In this document: positions 17,445-27,049 of the stretch, piece by piece
How the letters are laid out: the number at the start of each line of letters is the position of its first letter
Numbering within the stretch: position 1 is the first letter of the stretch
DNA from: a virus
Lineage: Duplodnaviria > Caudoviricetes
IMG/VR virus record: IMGVR_UViG_3300044466_000036
Location: 1-45,030 of that record
Strand: one strand, 5' to 3'
Length of the DNA stretch: 45,030 nucleotides
Translations under genes and position numbers: made by a program
Notes under the pieces: generated by a model
What the model was told of the DNA's origin: nothing
What the model saw: only the letters and a program-made list of their open reading frames with translations
Database searches by the model: none

Positions 17445-20400
17445 GCTTTTGGGCGAGCACCACCAGCCATCGCGTCGATGGCCTTGGCTGCGGCCCGCAG
17501 CGCGCGGTACCCGCGGCTCACCCGCGCCCGCGCCTCGCTGTTGGACATCTGGACCGGCGACCTCTGCACCTCGCCAGCCGCGTGGAAACTGGCGCTGCCC
17601 TCCAGTTCCTCCGCCGCTTGACGCAGCCAGGCCGCCACGCCGGCTGGTGAGTCGCCGTTGCGTAGCCTCATCTCAGCCGTCGAGAGGCGGGTTTCTGCGT
17701 CGTATGCCATGCGGTTCGCCGGGACGCCAGAGAGCTGAAACAGGTCTGGAACGGCGTGTCGACTGAGCCGGACTGCTGCGGTCGGGGCTGCGACCGCTGC
17801 GGTCGCTGGGACGCTAGGGGTACCACCGCCCGGCCCGGCCCGCTCCGCAGCCACAATCGCCGACTCCCACTCATCCATGTGCTGAATGATCTGGGACACC
17901 GTCAGATCCGTGTCATGACCATCCACAATGGCCTTGTCGAGGCCGGCTTTGATCGCCCGGTCACGCAGGCCCCGCGCCTTGGACTGCTCACCCCGGCTCG
18001 CCTTGTCCCACCTCAGCGCAGGGGACGACGTGCGAATAACCGGCGGTTGCCGTCCGGCGGATGCGTCGATCAACGGCTGCTGCGCCGGCTTAGGCGCCGT
18101 ACCCCGCTCGGCGTCACGGATCGCCGCCTCCCACTCATCCATGTGCTGGGCGATCTGGGATGCGGACATGGCCGTGTCATGACCATCCACGTTGGCCTTC
18201 ACCAGTCCGGCCGCCGCCGCCCGGTCCCGCAGCCTCCGGGCACGGGCCTGCTCACCCTTGCCCAGCTTGCCGAAGTCCCCAGCGGGGCTGGTGGTGCGGA
18301 TGACCGGCACGGGTGACGTCCCGGCACCCAGCTCATCACCCCTCGTCGGTGCTGGCGCCGCAGCCTTCTTTGCCGCAACCTTCCGCGCGGGCACACCAGT
18401 AACACTGGCCTCCGACAACCGCGTCGACGACCCATCACCATGCGCCAACACAATCCCAGGCCGCAACACATGCACCTGCGTACCAGCCTCTGGGGCAGTC
18501 CCGACATGCCGGTGAGCCTCCGGGTCATACGGCTGTTTCGACCCAGCCGCCCCCCCAACCGGGCTGAGTTTGTGGGCCCGCACCAGTTTCGCCAACGCCC
18601 GGGTACCGGCCGCCGAGTCGCCATGGTCAAACATGCCGGCAACAGCGTCAAGATCGGCTTTGGTCTTGGTTTTGGCGCCAGACTCCTCTGTGGCGGGGTG
18701 GTGCGGGCTGCCGATGGCACGAATGTGGTCCGCGATGACCGTGGGGTCGGTCTTTTTGGCGCGGAGCTCGGCGAGTTCGGCCGCCGCCGCAGCGTAGGGC
18801 TTCGCGTCGGCGACAGCCTGGTAGCGGTCGCGGGCGGCAGCTCGGCCGCCCGCGACCGCTGGCGCGGCATCCGGGGCGTGCTCCACCAAACCAGCCAGCC
18901 GGGCCCGCCGAGCGGCCTGCTCATCCGGGGATCTGATGTCCGCCACCGTGTCCCGCCCGGTCGCGTCGAGACCCGGCCGATCACCCTCAAACCCCCGGAT
19001 AGCGACGGAGTCAAGGCGACGTCCGGTCGTCGCCTCCACGATCTCTAAACGCAGATCGCTCATGTTGCGGCGCGAAACGCTCGGAACGCTGAGCTCTTTC
19101 GCCAGCGCGACGAGGTCTGTCTTGGCGTATCCCTCTAGTTGTTGGTGTGCCTCTTCGCGGCTGGGCAGCGTCATGAGTCGGGTGGTCATCTCCCCTGGCG
19201 GCAACTTGGCCTTCTTCGCGCCAGCCGCCTTGCCCAGCGCGGGCACAGCCCGGCCAGCCCTGCCCACAGCAGGCAACGTCGAGCCCGCTGGTGCCGCCTG
19301 CGACACAACAGTCACCGCCGCCGCCGGACCGAACATGCCCTTGTCCGTGTGGATCCTGTCCTTCCCCACGGCCGTCACCGTTGCGGACTCATGCCCGTCG
19401 TGGATCACGTCACCGGGTTTGAGCCACCCCAGCCTCGCCCCGGTCAGCTCGTGCCCGACCAGGTCCGGGTACCCCAACCCGGGTTGCGACTCGCCCCGAC
19501 CACGAACCGCAGCGTGATCCAGCCGAGACCCGACAGTGTGCTCAACAATCCGCTCCCGCATGGCCTCTTTCGTGGTCAGGCCACCCCTCGCGCCCGACGC
19601 CTCAGCGACAGCCCGCAACGTTTTGGCGTCCAGACCAGACAACACCTTGTGTGCCTCCTCCCGGGAGGAGGCGGCCCCAAGCTGGTCGGCAACCTGGGCG
19701 GGGTCGACAGCCGCCTTGGCTGGTGCGGCCTTCCGGCCGGCCTTGGTCGGCCCGCTCGCCTCCCGCACCGTCGCCGGCGCCAACCGGAAACCAACCGTGT
19801 GCTCAACAATCCGCTTGCGCAACACCTCCGGCGTGGACGCACCAGCCGTAGACGTACCAGACGCCATCGCCACATCACCCAACTCGCCGAGCGTCAACCC
19901 CTCCAGGTGGGCATTGGCCTCCTCCCGGCTCGCCGATGACTCTAGTTTGGAGACAACGAGCCTTGGGCTGGGCTTCTCGGCCCCGCCTCCCTCACTCGCG
20001 CGGGCTGGGGCGCTTGGCGACGGCGTAGCCGGCTTCGCCTTGCCCTCGCCCCTAGCGAGAGCATCTGCGATGTGCGCCTGCCGTGCCTCCCGGGTTTTGA
20101 CATGCGCAGGCATGCTGATACCCAGCTCACCAGCCAACTCCGCGAGTCTCGGCGCAGTCATACCCGGCTCTTGGTCGAGCTGGGTTATGACCTCGTGCCG
20201 ACTGCCGGCACGCCGAACACGGACCGCCACGTTCGGGACGTCAGGCGCCGCGCCGCGATCACGCTCCCGCCATGCCTCCTCCGAAAAAGGGGCGCGACCA
20301 GGCTCGCGCACACGCGGCGCGGCCTCTCTCTCGCCTGGCTTGGCCCCGCGGAACGACCCCTCCGGGGCCTTTTTCGCTGGGACTTTCGGAGCCGCCTCGG

Positions 20401-20704
20401 GGCGCGGCGGCAGGTCAAACCCCGCATGCCGGCGGGAACCCGCCCGCGCCACCACGGCTGGGCCCGTGCGACCGGCCCGCTGACGGATCTCGTCGGCCGT
20501 CACGGCGTGGACAGCCCGCGCCTTGACCCGCGCGCGAGACGCTCCCCGGGCGGGTTTGGCCCCCGTCGCCCGGCCGATCAGCTGATCAGACACCGCCGAT
20601 AGCCACGACGGCCCGTTGAGTTTGCGCGCCCACTGGCCCCGTTTCCGCCCTGGGGCGGACACGTGCGGGTGGAGCGCCGCCGTGAATTTACGCTTAACGC
20701 CCAT
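17441..20704 (-). CDS. large repetitive multidomain head-region protein
   Basis: 1087 aa; N-terminal FTAALHP..GQW motif; SREEA...IVExTxGxRL repeats; GrpE-like segment; duplicated DGHDT...QHMDEWE unit. Confidence 0.75.
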   Translation of the reverse strand: MGVKRKFTAALHPHVSAPGRKRGQWARKLNGPSWLSAVSDQLIGRATGAKPARGASRARVKARAVHAVTADEIRQRAGRTGPAVVARAGSRRHAGFDLPPRPEAAPKVPAKKAPEGSFRGAKPGEREAAPRVREPGRAPFSEEAWRERDRGAAPDVPNVAVRVRRAGSRHEVITQLDQEPGMTAPRLAELAGELGISMPAHVKTREARQAHIADALARGEGKAKPATPSPSAPARASEGGGAEKPSPRLVVSKLESSASREEANAHLEGLTLGELGDVAMASGTSTAGASTPEVLRKRIVEHTVGFRLAPATVREASGPTKAGRKAAPAKAAVDPAQVADQLGAASSREEAHKVLSGLDAKTLRAVAEASGARGGLTTKEAMRERIVEHTVGSRLDHAAVRGRGESQPGLGYPDLVGHELTGARLGWLKPGDVIHDGHESATVTAVGKDRIHTDKGMFGPAAAVTVVSQAAPAGSTLPAVGRAGRAVPALGKAAGAKKAKLPPGEMTTRLMTLPSREEAHQQLEGYAKTDLVALAKELSVPSVSRRNMSDLRLEIVEATTGRRLDSVAIRGFEGDRPGLDATGRDTVADIRSPDEQAARRARLAGLVEHAPDAAPAVAGGRAAARDRYQAVADAKPYAAAAAELAELRAKKTDPTVIADHIRAIGSPHHPATEESGAKTKTKADLDAVAGMFDHGDSAAGTRALAKLVRAHKLSPVGGAAGSKQPYDPEAHRHVGTAPEAGTQVHVLRPGIVLAHGDGSSTRLSEASVTGVPARKVAAKKAAAPAPTRGDELGAGTSPVPVIRTTSPAGDFGKLGKGEQARARRLRDRAAAAGLVKANVDGHDTAMSASQIAQHMDEWEAAIRDAERGTAPKPAQQPLIDASAGRQPPVIRTSSPALRWDKASRGEQSKARGLRDRAIKAGLDKAIVDGHDTDLTVSQIIQHMDEWESAIVAAERAGPGGGTPSVPATAAVAAPTAAVRLSRHAVPDLFQLSGVPANRMAYDAETRLSTAEMRLRNGDSPAGVAAWLRQAAEELEGSASFHAAGEVQRSPVQMSNSEARARVSRGYRALRAAAKAIDAMAGGARPKA

Positions 20705-20741
20705 GACCAGCCCCCCGATCTCACTCTAATGTAGACTTGAC

Positions 20742-21551
20742 TCAGGCCCTGCCGCTGAGCTGGTCATCAACCTGATGCAGCCACGTTTTTTGCCCGCCGC
20801 CGCTCTTCGTGCGGCGGGCGCCCCCGTCAATCTGAGGCGCGCCACGACGCGCCTCAGGTGGCCTGGAACCCCGGAACCACTCCGGGAAATCCGCCTTGAT
20901 ACTCGCGACCTGCTCCGCGATACCCGTCACGTTGCCCTCATCGTCGACATCGACGTCATCGAGATCGAGGAGCCTCATCACCCGCTCCTGGCCGCGACCA
21001 GACCACCCGGCCTCAGCGAGCGCGGCGGCCGTCGCGGTCCGGGCCAGCGCCGGTTTGTACCTGCCCTCAACTCGCGCCGCCGCCCGCTCGGCCGCCCTCG
21101 CGACAGCCCGGTCGGTGGCGCTCCCGGAGTCGGTTGAGGCGCCGCCGTCGATCAGATCCTCAAGCGCCCGCTGGCCGTCCTCTGTGGATAGGTCGTAGCC
21201 TTTTACGGCGAGGGCATTGCGTAGCAACCGCAACCGTTTGTGCTCGGCGTTGTTGCGTTTCGTGCCGGCCTGGAGTCGTTCCCACTGATCCCGCGTCGGC
21301 GGCACATACTCACCGGCGGCATCCTGGTCGTCGTCCTCCGACTGGTCGTCCTCCGACTCATCGTCGTCCTCCGACTCATCGTCCTCATCACTCTCGTCGT
21401 CGTCGCCCCCGTCCTCCCCGTCCTCCTCGTCCTCGTCCTCGTCCTCGGCGCCGTCATCAGGCTCGACGTACCCGGCCCAGTCCGACCCCCACAACAGGTA
21501 GATAGGCGTGCCATCGGCACGGCAACCAACAACAGGCAACACAGTTGTCAT
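20742..21551 (-). CDS. capsid scaffolding protein
   Basis: Acidic D/E tract, coiled coil, IKADFPEWF motif; start estimated at MTTVLP. Confidence 0.8.
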   Translation of the reverse strand: MTTVLPVVGCRADGTPIYLLWGSDWAGYVEPDDGAEDEDEDEEDGEDGGDDDESDEDDESEDDDESEDDQSEDDDQDAAGEYVPPTRDQWERLQAGTKRNNAEHKRLRLLRNALAVKGYDLSTEDGQRALEDLIDGGASTDSGSATDRAVARAAERAAARVEGRYKPALARTATAAALAEAGWSGRGQERVMRLLDLDDVDVDDEGNVTGIAEQVASIKADFPEWFRGSRPPEARRGAPQIDGGARRTKSGGGQKTWLHQVDDQLSGRA

Positions 21552-21604
21552 CACGACATGGACCCTCTCGATCCGGCAGTGCATGGTGGGGTCATCACGA
21601 CCCG

Positions 21605-22672
21605 TCAACGTCTCGACCTGCGCCAGGCCCCCCGGCCGGCCGCCACTTTCCGGGCCGCCCTAAACTTGACCGTCTCCGGCAAACCCGTCGTACCCGGCGG
21701 CGACGCCAAAAGCCGTGCCGCGGCCCGCATCAACGCCGCGCCCGAGTGATACGCCGAGTCGCCGCGAAACACAGACCTCTGAGCCTCACGCATCAACACG
21801 GCAGGCATCTCTGGGGCAATCTGCGGCCCGATACCGTAGTACGGGTCCGTGCCGTACCACGGCGTCACCCGGCAACGGCAATGCGGATGCAACGGTGGCC
21901 CAAAAATCGGGTCCTTGACCGTTGACGTCCCCGGGTCACCAAACGTCAGACCCGCCGGAAAGGACTCCCCCGGCCGGGCCACCAACCCGCTATACGCCAA
22001 ACACGTGAGGCACGCGTCCCTCTCAGCCAGGAACAGCACCGGCACACCGTCATGCTCCGCGCGGGCGCGGGCTCCCTCACTAACGGCTTGGTTAGACGCC
22101 CACCGGGCGGTCTCGTCAACCCGCCGCACCGGGCGGCCAGCCAAACCCACCAGCGACGACGCGTCACGCCACGATCGCGACGGGCCGGTATTGACCAGCC
22201 GCAACGCCTGGTCAATATCAGCCCGGACAGCCAGACCCAAACGGTCAACCACAGCCAACAACTCAGGCGACGGCACCAGCCCAGGCAGCGGCGACCCGCC
22301 CGGCTGACGCGACCCGTGCCGCAAACCCGCCTCAATCGCCCGCCGCAGTGCCTCAAACACCGCCGGCAACTCCGACAACAACCCGGTCGCCAGCGCGGTG
22401 ACAACCCGCCGCACCATGGTGCGGAGCGAGTCCCCCGCCTCATCAGGTACCTCGCTGCGCAGGCTCCCGACGATGCGCGTGTACCCGGCGGCCACGTCCC
22501 GCATCGCGGCCTCCAGCGCGGACCGCATCGCCGCCGCGCCCCGCGCGGCCCGCTCCTCCAACCGCCGGGCCTGCCGCTCGGCGGCAACTATCGCCGCGAT
22601 CTCCGCCGGGGACAACGCCGACGGGTCACTGCCCGCGAGGACGCTGTCGAGACGGTCCATCGGGTCAGGCAC
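21605..22672 (-). CDS. MuF-like minor head protein
   Basis: ACLTC...PPLHPHCRC motif; follows portal. Confidence 0.85.
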   Translation of the reverse strand: MPDPMDRLDSVLAGSDPSALSPAEIAAIVAAERQARRLEERAARGAAAMRSALEAAMRDVAAGYTRIVGSLRSEVPDEAGDSLRTMVRRVVTALATGLLSELPAVFEALRRAIEAGLRHGSRQPGGSPLPGLVPSPELLAVVDRLGLAVRADIDQALRLVNTGPSRSWRDASSLVGLAGRPVRRVDETARWASNQAVSEGARARAEHDGVPVLFLAERDACLTCLAYSGLVARPGESFPAGLTFGDPGTSTVKDPIFGPPLHPHCRCRVTPWYGTDPYYGIGPQIAPEMPAVLMREAQRSVFRGDSAYHSGAALMRAAARLLASPPGTTGLPETVKFRAARKVAAGRGAWRRSRR

Positions 22673-24305
22673 CAGCCGGCTCCGTCACGGGTTGACCACC
22701 GAGGAGATCCGATACCAGCGACGCTGTCTGCTCCTCGTTGACGATGCCCATCGCCGCCGCCGCCCCGATCGCCTGCAACGCGTTCGCCACGCCGGTCAGG
22801 AGTTCGACGCGGCGGGACATGGCCGCGTTTTGTGCCTCCCCGCTGCGGAGCCAGTCGTCGACCTGGTCGCGGGTGTAGCCGGCCTCGATGAGTGCCTGGT
22901 CGCGCGGCATCCCGGCCCCGATTTTGGCCTGGACGATGGTCCACGCCTCGGAGTCGGATGCCTGCTCGGCCGGTTTCCAGCCGACGCGGACCTCAACGTT
23001 TTTGTGGCCCAGCAGCCGGAGAGCGTACTCGAGGGCGTCCTCCCAGACGGCGTCGAGTGACGCTTGCAGGTGCTCAACCTTGTTGACGGTCGGCGCGTCA
23101 GCGGCGCGCAACGCCTCGCCGGACGGGGTTTGCGCGAAATTTGAGCCGAACCGGTATAGGGGTGTTTCGGTGAGTTCGCCCATCGCCTGCACAAACCGGT
23201 CAAACGGCCGCATAAACGTGTCCGATGGGGCCCCAGCCCACTCCCCAGCAGACTTGGCACCCCACAACCGCCACACCGCAGACGCCTCAGCCGACAGCTG
23301 CGACGTGTTGCCGCTACCCTCCGGGTCGTCATCATCGTCGGGGTGGTTGGGGTCCAGCAGGTTACCCATCGGCTGATCCTGCCCCGGATCCATCAGGATG
23401 TATCGCTGGGGGAAACTCTGGTAGTCCACGGAGACGGCCTGCGCGAGCACCAGTTTGTTGATCAACTGTTGCGGCCCGTAGGCGTGCAGGTGCTCGGGTT
23501 TGCCGTACGGGCGGCCGTTGCGGAAATGAAAAACAGGCATCCCGTAGTCGTGTTTGATGACCGCAGGGTCGCCGTCGCCCGTGTACGGCTGCCACGACTC
23601 GGCGCTACCCAAAACCATTTTGCCGGGCCTGGATATCCACCGCTCAACCCGGTCGTCGTAGTACATGGTCGCCCTGGTCCGCGACGTTTTGCCGCCCCGG
23701 CCGTCAGGCTCGTCGTACGTCCAGGATTTTATGCAGGCCCGCATTTTGAGGGGGTCCTCGTCGTCGTAGACGGCGCGGACTGTTGCTGCGGTGTTGACCC
23801 GGATATCAACGGCAGCGATTTTGTCGTTGATATCGGTGCGGGGCCAGACGATGAGGTAGGCGTCGCCGTCGCGGCACAGTGCGAGGTGGAGGGAGTCCGA
23901 CTCGGCGTCTAGCTGGTTGGCCCGCCACAGGTCGTCCAACGCTTTCTGCGCACCGGTTTTGTCGGGGGTTTTGGTGTCAGCCGCTTTTGGCGCCTTGCCG
24001 TCGCCCTTGCCCTGAGTTTCGTCTGGCTCGTTGTCGGGCTCGTCGGGCTCGGCGACGTCGTCGCTGGCGATGGCGACTGAGGTGATCTCCAGCCGGTGCG
24101 CGACAGTGTCGACCACGAGGTGAGCGTAGTTAAACTCCTCGATTTTGCTGACCCCTGCGCGGCGGAGCAGCATCCGGATTTTCTCGCTGGCGTAGATCTC
24201 GCCGACGCGGCCAGTGTACATGTCCTCGGCGGTGGCGTATGCGGGCCGGGCGTTTTCGAGCTCGGTCCACGTGTCGGCGAGGGCATCGCGGTGATCGTCA
24301 GCCAT
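22665..24305 (-). CDS. portal protein (SPP1 gp6-like)
   Basis: NYAHLVVD, DGDAYLIVW, PVFHFRN, SFPQRY, SGEALR motifs; follows terminase. Confidence 0.92.
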   Translation of the reverse strand: MADDHRDALADTWTELENARPAYATAEDMYTGRVGEIYASEKIRMLLRRAGVSKIEEFNYAHLVVDTVAHRLEITSVAIASDDVAEPDEPDNEPDETQGKGDGKAPKAADTKTPDKTGAQKALDDLWRANQLDAESDSLHLALCRDGDAYLIVWPRTDINDKIAAVDIRVNTAATVRAVYDDEDPLKMRACIKSWTYDEPDGRGGKTSRTRATMYYDDRVERWISRPGKMVLGSAESWQPYTGDGDPAVIKHDYGMPVFHFRNGRPYGKPEHLHAYGPQQLINKLVLAQAVSVDYQSFPQRYILMDPGQDQPMGNLLDPNHPDDDDDPEGSGNTSQLSAEASAVWRLWGAKSAGEWAGAPSDTFMRPFDRFVQAMGELTETPLYRFGSNFAQTPSGEALRAADAPTVNKVEHLQASLDAVWEDALEYALRLLGHKNVEVRVGWKPAEQASDSEAWTIVQAKIGAGMPRDQALIEAGYTRDQVDDWLRSGEAQNAAMSRRVELLTGVANALQAIGAAAAMGIVNEEQTASLVSDLLGGQPVTEPAGA

Positions 24306-24359
24306 ACCCCCCCCTGTTTGCCTACAGTCCACATTGGATATCGATGCGGATAAACAGCA

Positions 24360-26024
24360 TCAGCGGGGGAACTCGGTCCGTGACCGACCAGCCGACGGCG
24401 GGGTCAACGCCCGGTTGAGACAACTCACCGTCGCGTCCACCATGTCGTCATAACGGCCACGCGGAAACGCCACCATCTGCTCCTCCAGGCGCACCAAACG
24501 CCGCGCGTGCTTGACCCGCCCACGCTGGTAGAGGTTCAACGCCGCCGCCGCCCTGACCTCTTTCTTGGCGGACTGGTGTACCTCTATCAGCCTCACCGGC
24601 AGGTGGTGCAGCACGGCCCGCCAGTTTTCGCCACCCTGGTTGGTTTCCACCAACACGGCGCGGATGAGCGGAAAGCGGACCAGCAACCCCAGCACGTGGG
24701 TGCGCAGGGGGTCCCCGGTGAGGCGGATCTCCCACGCCTCCTCGACGACGCACCGGGACGGGAGTCGTACGGGTCTGCCCCGGGCGTCGGTGCTGGTCTG
24801 GCCGGGCGCGTACCCGATGATGGCGATGCCGGTGTAGTCGCTCGTGGTTTTGGTGGTGACTGCCGGGTCGATCGAGAGGATCTGGCCGGTCACGCCTTCT
24901 AGCGGGCCGTAACGAAAATCGGCGTCGTTCCAGTAACCACCGTCGGTGCCCATTGGGTCATTTAGGAAGTTTTTCTTGAATGACCTGGTATGTCTGATTT
25001 CGTCGAGGTACGACATCGCCCACTTAGCCGGCCACGTCGATCTCTCAACGCCATCATCACCCACAACGATCGGCGGGTAATGACACGCCCGAAACCGCTC
25101 CTCCCCGATCCACGGCTCAGGCACCTCACCGCTAGCGGACCGCACCAACTGGTGCACCACACTGCCCGCCATCGTCACCGTGCCCACCAGCACAACCCGC
25201 GCCCGGTCGTTCAACGGCAAGATCGCGTCCTGAATGGTCCGCAACCGTTTTTCGGCCTGGGCCGCCGAGTATGAGGACTCGTCGTCCTCGACGTCGTCCA
25301 GTAACAGAGCGTCGGGCCTGCGGGCGCCGACTTTGAGGCCCAGCACCGCGCTGTCGATACCGCGCGCGGCGAAAACAAACCCGGCCCTCGTGTACAACAT
25401 CGCCCGGTTGTCGGCGATCGTGACGCCACTCGGCCGCCGGGCTGCCGTACACAGGTCGGGGTAGTCCTCGCGGAGCAGGTGGTTAGTGTCCAGTTCGTCT
25501 TTCAGCGTCGACAGGTGCGTCTCAGCCTGCGTCGCAGAATCCGAAAACGCGGCGACGAACCGTGTGTAGCCGTGGGCTGCGGCCCAGCACGGGACCAGGA
25601 GGTACCACATCGTCGACTTACCGCTTGCCCGCGGCGCGATGTATGCCCGGCGCCACTGCCTGGGCTCAGTGACCGGCTCCGCCCACTCCAGGGCCTGCCG
25701 GAACCAGTCGAGGTGTGGGTCGGCGAACGTTGTCCGGCCGTCCGCGTCGCGGAGGTGCCGGGCCAGGTAGGTAAGCGCGAAAAGCATCGGGTCGCGAGCT
25801 GTCAGCGCCCGCCGCCGAGCCGGTGTGCCTAACCGCCCGCCGAACGACGCGACGTACGCCTCGGGGTCGAACGTCTCAATCGTGACCGCCGAGCCCACCC
25901 ACATCGGCGGCCCAGCGTCAGCAACCTCACGCTCTGCCGCGCCGGCCTGGACGCGGGTGAGTAGGGCCTGCCAGGAGAGGAGGTCAGACGGGGACAGGCC
26001 AGGCGTCTGAGTGGACGTCACCAC
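24360..26024 (-). CDS. terL: terminase large subunit
   Basis: Walker A APRASGKST, Walker B LLLDDVED, nuclease SIDPA and DDMVDA. Confidence 0.95.
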   Translation of the reverse strand: MVTSTQTPGLSPSDLLSWQALLTRVQAGAAEREVADAGPPMWVGSAVTIETFDPEAYVASFGGRLGTPARRRALTARDPMLFALTYLARHLRDADGRTTFADPHLDWFRQALEWAEPVTEPRQWRRAYIAPRASGKSTMWYLLVPCWAAAHGYTRFVAAFSDSATQAETHLSTLKDELDTNHLLREDYPDLCTAARRPSGVTIADNRAMLYTRAGFVFAARGIDSAVLGLKVGARRPDALLLDDVEDDESSYSAAQAEKRLRTIQDAILPLNDRARVVLVGTVTMAGSVVHQLVRSASGEVPEPWIGEERFRACHYPPIVVGDDGVERSTWPAKWAMSYLDEIRHTRSFKKNFLNDPMGTDGGYWNDADFRYGPLEGVTGQILSIDPAVTTKTTSDYTGIAIIGYAPGQTSTDARGRPVRLPSRCVVEEAWEIRLTGDPLRTHVLGLLVRFPLIRAVLVETNQGGENWRAVLHHLPVRLIEVHQSAKKEVRAAAALNLYQRGRVKHARRLVRLEEQMVAFPRGRYDDMVDATVSCLNRALTPPSAGRSRTEFPR

Positions 26025-26430
26025 CCCGCAACTCCGCCTCCGTGACAGCGGCGCCGTTGACGCGCCACAACCTGACGTCCGCCGCCATCTCGGGCCGCGA
26101 TCCGGCCAGTGACACGACCAGCCAAAACGGGATCCCCGCGGCTACGGCTATGGCGACGTCGGCCGGTGACAGGACTGCCGGCCCGGCGGGGTGGGAGTGG
26201 TACAGGACGAGGGGGTCCTCGCCGGCCGCGTCCATGGCGGTGTACGCGGTGAGGGTCTCGCTCGGGTCCAGCCGAAACCCGCCCTGGGGGTCTAGGGCCG
26301 TGTTGGTCATGGGTATCAGTCGGGTTGTTTCGCCGCGTCTGGCTATGAACCCGCATGCCTCGTCGGGGTGGTCCTGGGAGCAGCGGTTGAGGATCTCGTT
26401 GAGGATCGCAGTGGGCAGGGTCAGCGGCAC
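25984..26430 (-). CDS. JAB/MPN (Mov34) metalloprotease
   Basis: EACG and YHSHP-x6-SPAD JAMM motif intact; GTG start estimated at 26430. Confidence 0.88.
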   Translation of the reverse strand: MPLTLPTAILNEILNRCSQDHPDEACGFIARRGETTRLIPMTNTALDPQGGFRLDPSETLTAYTAMDAAGEDPLVLYHSHPAGPAVLSPADVAIAVAAGIPFWLVVSLAGSRPEMAADVRLWRVNGAAVTEAELRGGDVHSDAWPVPV

Positions 26431-26485
26431 TGGTTTCCCGCTGCCCGGCCGTGGCGGGTGGTGCCGTTGAGGATCAGAGGTCCGG

Positions 26486-26686
26486 TCACTGCGGCGCCCG
26501 CCCGGGGCGTACGCGGCGGAGGATCTCACTGTGGATGGCGGCTAGGTCCGCCACCCAGCCGAGGAGTCGTCCGGGCTCGTCGTCGGCCCAGTCGCCTGCC
26601 GCGCGGCGTGTCTCGATGGTGGCCTCCAACGCGTCGAGCCGCGCGTACAGCTCGTCGACGTACCCTGGGTCCTCGTTGAGCGCCAC
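26486..26686 (-). CDS. hypothetical protein
   Basis: 66 aa ORF immediately after upstream stop. Confidence 0.5.
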   Translation of the reverse strand: MALNEDPGYVDELYARLDALEATIETRRAAGDWADDEPGRLLGWVADLAAIHSEILRRVRPGRAPQ

Positions 26687-26689
26687 CGA

Positions 26690-26986
26690 TCAGGCGACTG
26701 GCTCGGCCGGCACTGCGGGTGCCGGGTTGCCGTCCCCGTCGGCGTCGCCCACTGCGGCGACGCCACCATCCACGGCGGCCCGCAGCGCGTCGAACGCCAC
26801 CTGACCCTCTGGGGTGAAATTGCCCTGCGCGGTCTCAAGGGCGGCGACGCGGGCGTTGACGTCCTCGACGAACTCGGCCACCGTGGCGGCGAGCGTGTTG
26901 AGATCCTCGGCGATGGTCATCAGTGCCTCCATGGTGGCGGTGTCCGCGTGGACGTGGAGATGGATGTGGATGCCGCGTTTGGCCAT
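26690..26986 (-). CDS. small coiled-coil hypothetical protein
   Basis: GGAGG RBS; heptad pattern; His-rich N-terminus. Confidence 0.65.
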   Translation of the reverse strand: MAKRGIHIHLHVHADTATMEALMTIAEDLNTLAATVAEFVEDVNARVAALETAQGNFTPEGQVAFDALRAAVDGGVAAVGDADGDGNPAPAVPAEPVA

Positions 26987-27004
26987 GTCGCCTCCAGCGG
27001 CTGA

Positions 27005-27047
27005 GGGGTGGCGGCCGGACTCGGACCGGCGACCTACGGGTTTTTAA
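27005..27047 (-). pseudogene. tRNA 3'-half-like remnant
   Basis: Minus strand TTAAAAA-CCCGT-AGGTC-GCCGG-TCCGAGT-CCGGC-CGCCACC: anticodon loop, 3' stem, variable loop, T arm, acceptor strand; no 5' half seen. Confidence 0.55.
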
Positions 27048-27049
27048 CA

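Noticed and set aside
461-26470. Numerous long plus-strand ORFs over the structural operon
   Set aside because: Antisense shadows typical of high-GC DNA; minus-strand ORFs carry the recognisable motifs and coupled start/stop overlaps
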